64,000 nt of DNA from Octopus sinensis (taxonomy: Eukaryota). The notes under the pieces are model-generated. The model ran no database searches and had not been told where the DNA came from. It saw only the letters and a program-made list of their open reading frames with translations. Positions within the stretch are counted from its first letter, which is position 1; every line of letters begins with the position of its first letter. This document shows, one piece after another, positions 51,271 through 64,000 of this stretch. The stretch covers positions 66,774,001 to 66,838,000 of the forward strand of contig NC_043003.1 of NCBI RefSeq assembly GCF_006345805.1, in the 5' to 3' direction. Both the position numbers and the translations under genes were made by a program.

Positions 51271-51671
51271 AAGGCGGCGACCTGGCAGAAACGTTAGCAC
51301 GCCGGGCGAAATGCTTAGCGGTATTTCGTCTGCCGCTATGTTCTGAGTTCAAATTCCGCCGAAGTCAACTTTACCTTACATCTTTTCGGGGTCAATTAAA
51401 TAAGTACCAGTTACGCACTGGGGTCGATATAATCGACTAAATCCGTTTGTCTGTACTTGTTTGTTCTCTCTGTGTTTAGCCCCTTGTGGATAGTCAAGAT
51501 ATAGGTATTTCGTCTGTTTTTACGTTCTGAGATCAAATTCCGCCGAAGTTGACTTCGCCGGTAATCCTTTCGGGGTCGATAAATTAAGTACCAGTTGCGT
51601 ACTGGGGTCGATCTAATCGACTGACCCCTTCCCTCATAATTTCAGGCTTTGTGCCTAAAGTAGAAACGAAT
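51271..51671 (+). mobile_element. Dimeric SINE family A with 14-bp TSD
   Basis: Units at 51320 and 51504. ATTAGAAGGAATTT at 51256-51269 and 51672-51685. Confidence 0.9.
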
Positions 51672-52234
51672 ATTAGAAGGAATTTACATTGTTTTTTTCC
51701 CTTTTTTGTTGCATTATTCTTTGTTTCTTAAAGGCAGTTTAAAAAAAAAATCAAAAAAAAACTGTGAACTTAAAATTATCGAAACACACGTAGGAGGGTC
51801 AAGTATATCTGTTGGGACTTAAATGAAACATGAGATCAGTACAGGGGCAACTGTACCAGCTATAGAAGAGCTATATAGGTAAAAATTGTTTGCCAACATA
51901 ACAAGACAGCCATGGTTTAGGACGAATATTGCTGTAATTTAGCCCCATGAGACATCGTCTCCAGCTGGCTATACGACATGATCTGTATCCTTATATTTTT
52001 GAACAAGGGAATCTAGCACCCCAACTCAGTTCAAAACAATATCTGTGTATCGCTATTTCCGGGTTATTTCCCTTCATCAGCGCAGAATAATTGTTTTGTG
52101 CAGAGGAATTTTTACTCCAAAGTACTGTTGCTGAATATCCCTCGTTGTCAGATTTAAAAATAGTAATTTTCAACGAGTTATATAAGCCTAGCTTCTTACT
52201 GTAATACATACAAGAAAAATTTGAACGGGGTTTG

Positions 52235-52391
52235 TGGTTAGAAGCATGCTTCCTAACTACCTGGTTCAAGGGGTAACCCACCGTGATGGGCAAGTGTGTT
52301 CTGGTATAGCCCTGGGCCAATCAAAACCTTGTGAGTGGATATGGTAGGCAGAAACTGAAAGAAGACCGTCGTTTGTGCATGTGTGAATGTA

Positions 52392-52435
<44 letters not shown>

Positions 52436-52655
52436 TGCATATGTTTGTCCTCTAGCACTGCTTGACGGCCAGTGTTGGCTTGTTTACGCCTCTGTAACTT
52501 AATGGTTCTGCAAAAGAAACCAACAGTATAAGTGTCTGGTTTTATAAAACAAACAAAAGAATCTCCCAGAGTGGATTTGTTCGACTAAAACCCATCAGGG
52601 CGGTGCCGTAGCATGGGCGCAGTAAAATGATAGAAACAAGTAACAGAATAGATGA
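52235..52655 (+). mobile_element. SINE family B
   Basis: Head, internal TG tract and tail. Confidence 0.8.
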
Positions 52656-53106
52656 AAGAACTAACCATTTCCGCAAAATTTTCAGTTTACCCTCTGGCAG
52701 AATCACACACTCGCATTATTAATTTCTTTCAGTGTATTCTTGAGACACCGGATTCCTTAGAGTCAGAGAGTCACACCCTGTATATTGGGCAGTTTGCATT
52801 TTAGAAAAGCGTAAAAGAAAACAAGGAAAACGAAACATCAAAGACTTTCTTTTTAACGTTTCTTCATAGTAGGTGGTGTTGTTAGTGTATTATGATAGCG
52901 AGATGTTGGTTGAGCGTGGAGAAAAATAAACAAACAAATACACAGAAGTAGATGAGAGGAGAGAAAGTGAGAGAGAGAGAGAGAAGGAGAGAGTGAGAGG
53001 CTGAAAGGACGGTTATATACTTATATATGCGTGTACTTATGCATGTGTGTTAGTATATATATATATTTAGTATATATATACATGTATACATTATATATAT
53101 ATACAT

Positions 53107-53170
<64 letters not shown>

Positions 53171-54255
53171 TAAAAATATATACATATATACATGTATATG
53201 CGAGTACTTATGCATGCGTGTGTGTTAGTATATATATACATACAAACATCCACACACACACTTTTGTGTGCATATGTCTATGTGTAAGCATACATGTACA
53301 TATTACATAAGTATATATGTGTGTGTGTATATATGTCTCAGTGTGTGCATGTGTGCGTGCGTGTGGGCGTGTATGTCTTAGTGTGTGTGTATGTCTTAGT
53401 GTGTGTGAGTATGCATACATGTACATATTACATAAGTATATATATATGTATTTGTGTGTTTTTGTTTCAGTGTGTGTATATATGTCTTAGTTTGTGTGTC
53501 TGTGTACGTGCATGTATTTCGTACACACACACACACACATACACACATACACACACACACACGTTTAAAGTGAGATTAAGTGTGGAAGAGATATACAGAG
53601 ATATCGATATATAAATACGCAGTTAACTTCAGAAGCTAAGACAATCTTTATTTTTCTTCAATTCGAAAACGTATACGTCACTTCTCAAAAATAACTATAT
53701 AAATGAAAATAAAATAAATAAATATATAACTTACACTGAAAAAAAAAAACACGGTAAAAGAAAAGAAGAATACGAAAGCTTTCAAAAAATCGGGCAATCG
53801 TGTTTGATCAAGTTTATTTGTATTTGAATTTTGTTCAAATTATTATCTTTTTCTTTAATTTCTTTCATTCAATATATATTTTCCCAGCCTTACTTAACTT
53901 CTTTAAGGAATGGCAACATGTAACTTAAAACGCTTCAAAAGAATTCTGGATTATATCAGGATTGAAAACGTGCACTTATATCAAGGTGTATCAATTTTCA
54001 AGAACTCTATAGATGCTCGAATGTTTCAGTGGAGAGAGAGAGAGAGAGAGAGAGAGTTCGGGGGAAGAGCCTTTGGGAACTGGGAAAATGAATATTTTTT
54101 GACGAAGAACAGGTTTATTACGCTCTTAAAGCCCGGCTTCTACATCTGTTTACTATCAGTGTGGGTGTGAAAAAACATCTTACTACAATCTTTGTGTATA
54201 TACTAGAGGTCTCCTTTGAAATTTTCCTTACAGAGTGATCTAAATATATATTATA

Positions 54256-54332
<77 letters not shown>

Positions 54333-54516
54333 CATATATATGTATATATATATGTACATATATATATATGTGTGTATACATATATATACATGTATATATA
54401 TACGTACATATACACAAATATATAAACGTATATATATACATATATATATATATGTATATATATGTATATATATATATATATATATATTATATAATATATA
54501 TATTATATATATATAT

Positions 54517-54563
<47 letters not shown>

Positions 54564-54809
54564 TGGATGGATGGATGGATAGGGAGAAAAACAGATAACA
54601 GGCAAATAGAGAGAGAGAGAGGAAGAGAGAAACAGAGAGAGGGATGCTGGTATTTGGAAATGGCGGTCGAAAACCATCATCAGAGAAATGGTTATATTAA
54701 ATTCCAAAATATAAATCTATACCGTGGAGTGGGGGCTAAATGGGGATAGGGAGTGAACAGCAGAAAAAATAAGGAGCATCAAAAATCACGCAAAGCCACC
54801 ACAACCATA

Positions 54810-54856
<47 letters not shown>

Positions 54857-55166
54857 AGCAACAACCACAATCAAAATAAAACGAAATAACTGGAAATTTA
54901 ATCTAAAAAAATCCCTATACACACACACACGTACATATATATATATACATGGTCTATTTTGCATTAATGCAGAATAGACCATGGCGTCTGTATAGTTGCC
55001 TTAATTCAATCAATTAGCCATAATGATGTTGTTGTGGAACCTACTGCAGTTTATTATAAATAATTTAGGGTCTACATTCGGTAATAACGATGAACTCAAA
55101 AGGAAGCCTCTTTTTCTAATTTGGACCAGTTTTGATCCGATTCAGTTTCTATCTATACAGATGCGA

Positions 55167-55210
<44 letters not shown>

Positions 55211-55394
55211 TCTGAAAGTTCAGAAAAATTGTAATAATACGTATTACATTTTCTGTATTACAATTTTTCTGAATTTTCAGATTTTCCTATATGCTAGGCT
55301 ACTGGTTTAAAATTGATGTTAATTAAATTTATATTAAATTTATCACCCTCATTATTTAAATTTTATATATATATATATAATTATAAATATATAT

Positions 55395-55425
<31 letters not shown>

Positions 55426-55440
55426 CTATATATATATATA

Positions 55441-55612
55441 TTTCTTTTTGGGGTTTGGTTGCAAGAATCTTTATGTGAGTTCATGTGTTGAAGCATATTC
55501 TGTTGTGTCTGGGGAGAGTCCTTCTCTTTTAGTGGCTTATAATTTAACACACTCACCGGTAAACTTTCCACTTATTTTCGTTGCGTCTTGCAACCTTTTC
55601 AACAGTCACAAC
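55441..55612 (+). repeat. Dispersed TA-flanked repeat, same family as 1308-1592 (probable PLE terminal repeat)
   Basis: GTGTTGAAGCATATTCTGTTGTGTCTGGG...ACACTCACCGGTAAA shared. Confidence 0.6.
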
Positions 55613-55614
55613 TA

Positions 55615-56395
55615 TTGGCGTAGGAGGGGCTGTGTGGTAAGTAACATGCTTACCAGCCACATTGTTCCGTGTACAGTCCCACTGCGTGGCACCTTGGACA
55701 AATGTCTTCTTCTATAGCCTCGAAACTGCCAAAGCCTTGTGAGTGGATTTGGTAGACGGAAACTGAAAGAAACCCGTCGTATATATATATATTGATAAAT
55801 AATACTTGGAAGTGGATGTGTGGCGTTCGATCATATAATAACAAAATAATAAAGAAAACATATGCATATATACATACATATATGTACGTACCTACACCAA
55901 AAAAAAAACGTCGAACACAATGAGAAAACATAAAAACAAAACCATGGAAACGAACATTTTTTAAACAACGGAAAAACAAGTACAAGACATACAACACAAG
56001 GAATATTCCCTTTCTTCAGCCGCCTCTGCTTCGTCTACTCCGTGTTTCGAAGGTAAAGGAGAGACACGACTCCGTTGAAACAGTCCTTCCCGCAAAGCAA
56101 ATTAAATACAATTTGGGACCTTGTCAATAAACACACCCATCTGCTGTTTGAGAGTAACCCACAAATCTTATGCATGCGTGTGGACATGTTTGTGTGTGTT
56201 TGTCCCCACAACATCACTTGACAACTGATTCTGGTGTGTTTACTTCCCCGTAACTTAGCGGTTCGGCGAAAGGGACCGATAGAATAAGTGCTAGGCTGAC
56301 AAAGAATAAGTCCTGGGGTTGATTTCCTCGACTAAAGGCAGTGCTCCAGCATGGCTGCAGTCAAATGACTGAAACAACTAAAGGAATAAAAGAAT
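55615..56395 (+). mobile_element. SINE family B split by a ~400-bp insertion (about 55790-56165)
   Basis: Head at 55615-55785, tail at 56190-56395. Confidence 0.7.
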
Positions 56396-58384
56396 ATATA
56401 TATATATGTATGTGTGTGTGTGTGTGTAATTAGAAAATATCTATAGAAGATGAAAACAGTAATAAAAATTGAAAGAAATTTTTATCGCCACTTAAACATC
56501 GCTATTCCGAAGGAACCGATGTTACTGCAGTTTTTAACCCCAGGAGGATCCCTCCTCCTGCTGGCTATTCGATGCAAATTCCACCCGATATATATTGCAA
56601 GCAGGGGATCTAACCCATACCGTCTTCTTGCCACGACCGCCAACTGTACGGGTTCGAGCTCTATATTTAACGTGCACAGTATTAAAATGAGAGGCTACTA
56701 ATAGTTTATTGCTATCGAGACACGTGGTTAGGCAGATTCAGAGCCTGAAAATGCTTCACAACGCAAGGCACGTTATAAACGTCCGCCTAAGTGTCTCAAT
56801 GGCAAGAAACTCGTAGTAGCACTTATCTTAATAGTGAACACATTAACTAATATTTATTTCTCAATGTATGCAGTACTTCTTTTGTCGATTCTACCTTAAC
56901 GGTATACACATAATAAAAATCCAACAATGAGGACGAGTGTTCAACACCGTATTGGTGGATAAAGATTCTTTATTTCCGTATTAAGACTACCATTGATTTC
57001 ATGTTAAGTAAATATCTTAACAATTTTTTCTAACCGGTCACATACAGGAATACGGTGTTCGTCTTAAAAAGATCTAGCTTAAGTCGTTTTATTGAGACAG
57101 AAAATACACACACACACACACGTACACACACACACACACACACACATACATACACACACTCTCACACACACACGCGCATACACATGAAATTATAGGTGCC
57201 AGATTGTTGGGTAGTCAGCTTGTTGTCGTTGTTGTGGTTGTTTAGCCTGTGTCACCTCTGAATGAGGACATTATCAAATAAATTACACACACAACCGTAT
57301 ATTTTCCCTCACATGTAAGGAAAACATTGCGTAACATGATCTTCAAGGCGGTAGAATGAGATTAGCGGGCCGGGTTCCTGTTATTTTAAGCACACAGAGT
57401 AGTGGTCCTCAACTGAAGTCCGTAATGATCCTTGAGGGTCCAATTAAGACACCCGTTGTTAACTTTATGTGCAATGAACTAGTTATAATTCTGCTTTATA
57501 CAAAACATTTGAACTCCTTGTATATCAGCATGGTCGCATCTCTGAGCTGAAACGAGAGAGAGAAAAAAAATCTCCTTATAATATTTAATTATGAAAAAAT
57601 ATGATTTTAAAAACAGTGAATAGCTGTGAGGACCCATCTGAGCAGAATAGTAATCAATGGGGTTCACAGGTAAAATTGATTGAGAGCCGTTGAGATCAGA
57701 GTGATCACATAGAACGATTTTGTTGATTTATTTGATAACTGAGGTTTGTATATTGGTAATCATAAAATTTGAAAGGTTCATAGATTGATCGTGTGGTAGG
57801 TAGGTGATTGTGATGTTATGGAGTCTTAGTAGGTTTATGGGTTGATAATTGAATAAGTAGTTTGACAATTTTGTATCATTTGTATCACTTGTATTTACAT
57901 GACTATGTGCTGTTGTTATACAACGCTAGTCACAATACGCTTCCAGTTCTTTCTTGAGTGCACCATCCTAACCATCTTAGATATTTTTTATCGCTTATCT
58001 ATAATTTGAATTACCTATGTATCGGGCAAACACTTTTTTTAATGCTTAAGGCCACTATGGACCTTAATGCGACCCTCAGATAGGTCGCTAGAGTAGAAGA
58101 TCGATAGATTGTATCATATGAATGTAAATAGGCAGGCTGTTAGATAAATAGAAAGATAAATAGATCGGTGAATTGGTTTGCACATTGGTTTGTAGGGTGC
58201 TTAAGGTAGACTGTTAGTTTGGTAAGTTTGTAGATATATTTGTTGGCAAATATGTTGCTTAGTAGCTATTTGAATAAGTAGATAATTTTGTAGGTTGGTA
58301 AGTATGTATGTAGGTACATTGGTAGTAAGAAAAAATGGTGTGCGTGAGAGTGAGTGTGTGTGTGAGTATGAAATACCCTTTGAA

Positions 58385-58585
58385 ATACAGGTACAACAGA
58401 AACAGGAAGAAACAGTGAGAGAAAGTTGTAATGAAAGAATACAGCAGGGGTCACCATCAACCCCTGCCGGAGCCTCGTGGAGCTTTAAGGTGTTTTCGCT
58501 CAATAAACATTCAAAACGCCCGGTCTGGGAATCGAAACCGTGATCCTACGACCGCGAGTCCGCTGCTCTAACCACTGGACCATTG
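58385..58585 (-). mobile_element. SINE family C, partial
   Basis: GGGAATCGAAACCG...CGAGTCCGCTGC head in reverse. Confidence 0.8.
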
Positions 58586-58594
58586 TTCTCTAGA

Positions 58595-58760
58595 AAATAA
58601 AAGACGAAGATTGGTGAAGGAGCAACAAGCAGGTGTATTAGTTTAACGCTCTGGAAGAATAATAAAATCTTTAACGTTTCAAGCCTACGCGCTTCGACAG
58701 AAATGATTGTGACGAAAGAAAAAACGGAAAGAGAACGGAAAATATATATACTTGGTAAAC
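58595..58760 (-). mobile_element. Decayed PLE terminal repeat, related to 62045-62280
   Basis: TTTAACGTTTCAAGCCTACGCGCTTCGACAGAAA parallels TTTACGTTTCGAGCCTACGCTCTTCAACAGAAA. Confidence 0.55.
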
Positions 58761-58829
58761 ATATAGCTTGTTCAGTATTTTGTAATCGTGTAGGGAGGTA
58801 GACAGATAAATAGGTAAAGAGTAAAAACC

Positions 58830-59160
58830 CACTTTGGTCAGAAAGGTGTGGTCCTTACGACTGCACCTAGAAGGTTCCTCTCCTAGGCTCAAATCAGAAT
58901 AAGGTTGTTTATGGAAGACCAGTAGTTACCTATGCATACAAGCCTCCTCTCTCCACGCCATCGATGTTATTCAAGAGAAAAGCAAAACCCAATATAGCTT
59001 GGCACCAGTGACGTCGCAACCCATTTCTACAGCTGAGTGTACTGGAGCAACGCGAAATAAAGTGTTTTGCTCAAAAATCACAAAACCCCGCTCAGGGAAT
59101 CGAACTCACAGTCTCATAATTGTGAGCGCAACGTTCCCACCACTGAGTCATGGACCTTCA
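58830..59160 (-). mobile_element. tRNA-derived SINE (family D-related head)
   Basis: CTGGAGCAACGCGAAATAAAGTG...GGGAATCGAACTCAC. Confidence 0.7.
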
Positions 59161-59273
59161 CAGATAATTAGATATATATCTTGTAGATTAAGTTGATAGG
59201 AAAACATGTTCGTATGCATGTACATAGTATCAACTCTTACATAAAATATAAATCTTATACAAAATATAAAATA

Positions 59274-59843
59274 TTGGGTTGTCCGGAAAGTTCGAGCCGA
59301 TTTATAGTAGCTTAAATTCGACTTATTTTAGAACATGCTTGAGTCCATAAAACAGGATTTGACTACACCTCCATTTAGAGCACAGTTTAAGCTATCTTTT
59401 CATGGAAGAAAGTTTATATTCCTATAACCGTTGTTAATTCTGTAACACTTTAAAATAGAAGATAAGAAAGTTCATTTTCGACACTTGATGTTTTAGAAAC
59501 CAAACAAAAATCGTTGCAGCTCGGCTGGGATGTGTTGCTCACCCTCCATATTCAGAAGATATTGTTCCTTCGTATTTCCACTTATTCAGGTATCTGCAGA
59601 ATTGTCTTAATGGTAAAAATTTCAATTCCTTGATGACGTAAATAGATACCTTGATGAATTCTTAATTCTTTGCCATGAAACCACCTCAGTTCTGGGAAGA
59701 GGGTATTTTCAAGTTAACGAAAAGATCGAGACGCATTGTGCAACAAAATGGTTCATATTTGGTTGATTAAAAATGTAATGGCAAGTATTTATTGACCTTT
59801 TTCTTTCCTTTAAAAATCAGCATGAACTTTCCGGACAACCCAA
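59274..59843 (+). mobile_element. Internally deleted mariner element (570 bp)
   Basis: TIR TTGGGTTGTCCGGAAAGTTC at both ends, TA duplication. Residual peptides EDKKVHFRHLMF and LGWDV...HPPYSEDIVPSYFHLFRYLQN...NGSYLVD*. Confidence 0.9.
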
Positions 59844-60069
59844 TATATATAGATATATAAAATATAAACTTTTAAAATATATATAAAAATATATAATATA
59901 AAATTTAAAATGGCGGTGCCCCAGCATGGCCACAGCTCATAAGCTGAAACTAGAATCAATCAATCAATCAATCATATATAAAAACTATTATCTCCAAATA
60001 TACTCTGGAGCACTGGAATACGCAGATGTGCTTCATGAAAACACAACTTGGATTATAAAACAGTCTAGT

Positions 60070-60250
60070 AGCACTCCGTCGGTTACGACGACGAGGGTTC
60101 CAGTTGATCCGATCGACGGAACAGCCTGCTCGTGAAATTAACATGCAAGTGGCTGAGCGTACTGGGGTCGATCTAATCGACTGACCCCTTCCCTGGGAAC
60201 TGAAACCGCGAGTCCGCTGCCCTAATCACTGGGCCATCGCACCTCCACCA
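60070..60250. mobile_element. Mosaic of family D, A and C SINE fragments
   Basis: D tail (-) at 60070-60157, A tail piece (+) at 60157-60194, C head (-) at 60195-60247. Confidence 0.75.
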
Positions 60251-60779
60251 TAAACCAGTCTACATAAACAGGGATATCTTTTATCTTTTACTTCTTTCAG
60301 TCATTTGACTGCAGCCATACTAGTCGAACGAATCAAACCAAGGCTGGTACTCATTCTATCGCTCTCTTTTGCGGAACTGCTAAGTTACGGGGACGTAAAC
60401 ACACCTTCAGCGGTTGTCAAACGGTGGTGAGGAACAAACGCATACACACACGCAAACACAAACGCACACATACAGGCTATGCTTAAATTTAAAGTTTGGA
60501 TAGAGGGCTTTAAAATGCACTATCATTAATGGATCTCTGAAATACTATAAACACACGCATCATATCAACACCATCCTGCTACACCCAGTAGCGAAATATA
60601 CATATCATAACACTGTAACGTATTATGAAACCTTTTGAGATTTCTTCTGCACTGTGGCGTGCATTTGATTCCACTATATCGTGCAGATGTAAGCCGAACC
60701 GATCGTCGTGCTAAATAAAGCTAACAGTACACTTTTGTCTTTCCTATCAATTAGGTAATATATACATATATAATAATAA

Positions 60780-60785
60780 TAATAA

Positions 60786-60862
<77 letters not shown>
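60780..60862. repeat. (TAG)n microsatellite
   Basis: Direct inspection. Confidence 0.95.
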
Positions 60863-61015
60863 AAGTGGCAACAAAAGAATGGGACCTCGATATGTGATAA
60901 GCAGAGGATTATTTATATATATTATAATTTAGAACAAGCAGTAAAAGGTTGTCATCATAGTACTCGGAGTTTCGAATGTCGGAGCGAAGAGCTATGATGA
61001 ATTATCGTCACTCTC

Positions 61016-61070
<55 letters not shown>

Positions 61071-61735
61071 CCCGTACATACCCATCGTACAAATCTACTC
61101 ACAAGTCTTTGATCAGCCGGAGTGTAAAGTAGAAGACCCTCGCCTAGAGTTCCACGCAGTGGAACCGAACCCAGAACTATTTAATCGAGAAGCAAGCTAC
61201 TTGCCACACAGACGCAACTATAAATATAAATACTGTATTTTTTTTTCCGGTGAGTGAGACGCACTTTCATTTTACTCCAAAACTTGACGTCATTATCAAG
61301 GCAGCTTTAAACTTTGGAAGATGGAAATGTATTTTGTTAGCTAGGACACATGGATGAATGCAATGAATGGGTGAAATATGAAGGATTATTGTATTAGAAG
61401 GATAAATGGATGAACGGATGGATGAACTAGCTGGATAGAAAAAAAACAAATAGTGTATGGATGGGTAGAAGGGTGAATGTCTTCATAATGAATAAATGGA
61501 TGATTAGATAGAAATATAGATATGTTAAGGGCTAGATAGATGGGATGTAGGAAAAAAAACGGAAACTTGGAGAATTATATATATATAAAAATATACATAA
61601 AAATTAATAGACATAATATCGCATTATATAGCTAATAAAACCGAGCTGGCAAAACCGAATGACCTTACGTAGATGCTTGTTCATTGTTCAACCCCTCCCT
61701 TAACACACAGAAGTATATATTAATGCGTGTATCTA

Positions 61736-61769
<34 letters not shown>

Positions 61770-61777
61770 TAATATAT

Positions 61778-61808
<31 letters not shown>

Positions 61809-62044
61809 GTATGTATTTATATATATATATACGTATACTATATATATTATATACTTATATATATATATACACTAATATAAATATATTCTTATATATATAG
61901 TCATATATATATATACATGTATACATATTATACTTAATATATATTATATATATACCTATATACTGTATATAGGTATATATACTTAACACACAGAAGTATA
62001 TATTAATGCGTTTATCTATATATTCTATATATATTATATATATA

Positions 62045-63350
62045 TAACGGGAAGCTTTATGAAAATAACAAAACGAAGGCGGTGGAAAACAAACGACAAT
62101 TGTATTAGTATGGCGCTCAGGAAATATAAATAAACAAGTCTTTACGTTTCGAGCCTACGCTCTTCAACAGAAAGATACACAGAGAGAGAAAAACACAGAA
62201 AGAAGGAGAGAAAAAAATGCGTGCAGTAGCTAACGAATCAACATGGCGATCTGATTTCGGCATAGGTCAAAGATCAACATGAGACGCGAGAGCAAAATAA
62301 GGGGAGATAATAGGGTTGAGGGACCAGCTAAAAGTGCGTGGGAGGAGTCTGGATGTGTATGTATAGGGTTGGTGTATGTATTAGTATGTATAAGGGGTGT
62401 GTGTGTGTGTGTGTGTATGAGAGAGTATCAGTGCGTGGGATTGGTCTGGACGTGCGTATGTATGGGGTTGGTGTATTATTAGTATGTATTAGTATGTATT
62501 AGTACGTATTGGTATGTATAGGTGTGTGTGTGTGTGTGTGAGAGAGTATAAGTGCGTATGCGGGGTTGGACGTGTGATGTATAGGGTTGGTGTAAGTATT
62601 AGTATGTATAGTATGTATTAGTACGTATTAGTATGTATTAGTTGGTGTGTGTATTAGTATGGCACATCATATGTGATGTGATGTGTAAAGTCATGTGGTG
62701 TAGTGAGGAGAGAGGGGGAGGGGGAAGGGAGGGAAGAAGAGGGGGAGGGGAGGGGATGAAGAGGAGAGGATGGGGAGAAGGAAGGGGAGGAGAGGAATGA
62801 AGGGAAAGAGGAGAGGGTAGAGAGAAGGGGAGAGAGGGAGTGAGGGAGCAGAGGGAGAGGAAGAGGGAGGGAGAAAGAGGGAAGAAGGGAATGGGAGTGG
62901 GTGAAAGGATGAAGGACTGAAGAAGTGGGGGTCGGGGGGAGAAAGGATAGGTGAGGAGGGGGAGAGGGGGTTAGATGAGGAGGGGGGGAGAGTTGAGACC
63001 AAATGGCGTATAAGAGCGAAGAGAGAAGATAATTCATGTTCACGGCGCAAACGGGAATCCGGATGGCCTCTGTGTAAGGACAAACCGAACACAGATAGGT
63101 GTTGCAAGGAGTGACCGGTGGAGCGGAAATGGCGTGAGACCGTTGGTCGTTCGCAAGGTGGATGTCACGAAGGTGTTCCGCGAACCGGTCAGCCAAGCGG
63201 CGTCCCGGTTGTCCGATGTACAAGGAATTGCAGAGAGAGCAAGAGATGCAATAGATAATATTGCTGGAGGTGCAGGTGAAGGAGTGATGATGGGATAGGG
63301 TCGATGGTGGGTGCTAGTGAGGCGGGTGGTGTTGGAGAGGTAAGGGCAAT
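62045..63350 (-). mobile_element. 5'-truncated Penelope-like element: GIY-YIG endonuclease relic, 3'UTR and terminal repeat
   Basis: CPYLSNTT...FTCTSSNIIYCI/CSLCNSLYIGQPGRRLADRFAEHLRDI...QHLSVFGL...SRLRREHEL, with frameshifts. Inserted in (TA)n. Confidence 0.85.
62139..62175 (-). ncRNA. Minimal hammerhead-like motif in PLE terminal repeat (atypical core)
   Basis: TCTTT-CTGTTGA-A-GAGC-GTAG-GCTC-GAAAC-GTA-AAGA. Stem II GAGC/GCTC. Core has CTGT instead of CTGA and stem I is weak. Confidence 0.4.
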
Positions 63351-63746
63351 ATATATATATGTGTGTGTGTATGTATTATTTATATATATATATACGTATA
63401 TACTTATATATATACTTATATATATACACACTTATATAAATATATTCTTATATATATAGTCATATATATATATACATGTATACATATATATACTTATATA
63501 TATACTTATATATGTATGTATATATATATACCTATGTACATGTATATATATATATATATACACCTATATATATGTTTATATATGTATATACATGTATATA
63601 CATATATATATGTACATATGTGTGCGCGTGTGTGTGTGTAAAGCGAGAGAGGCAAAAACACACTTACGCACACTGAGATCAAAAACCTTTCGATATTCAT
63701 TGCAACAACAATGAGAAAAATAATTATGACGATGATGATGCTACAG

Positions 63747-63788
<42 letters not shown>

Positions 63789-64000
63789 ATAATATAATAA
63801 TAATAATAATAATAATAATTAATAATAATAATAATAATAATGTAACTGCTTTCATGAAACAAATATTAAAACAATCTAAAACAGAAGAAATTGCTTATCA
63901 TCAGCGAACATAAAATTCTGTAGATTTGGTGATAAAATCAATCATTCTATTATCATCAAAATATTTTTTTATTGTTCCTTGTTTGTTTTTTTTATTCAGG

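Overview
AT-rich, repeat-saturated eukaryotic DNA, intergenic or inside a very large intron. The SINE families and the extreme density of (TA)n, (TAA)n, (CA)n, (CTA)n and (TTC)n tracts point to an octopus genome; that is inference from recalled repeat sequences, not a search. I cannot support any intact host protein-coding gene. Nearly all ORFs in the supplied track are microsatellite or antisense-repeat artefacts. Supported content: four tRNA-derived SINE families in many copies, R4/Dong-type LINE fragments in (TAA)n tracts, a CR1-type 3' end, a CRE-like relic, Penelope-like element (PLE) relics including a GIY-YIG domain, a Helitron helicase fragment with its 3' terminus, two decayed Tc1/mariner elements, a MITE-like element and several local duplications. 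The most notable signal is two loci (421-1290 and 30057-31294) with the same architecture. Each is a non-coding monomer of about 470-487 nt carrying a type I hammerhead ribozyme fold, arranged as tandem plus fold-back copies inside (TA)n. This resembles a retrozyme or PLE-derived self-cleaving RNA retroelement. SINE and relic coordinates are approximate, within about 10-20 nt.
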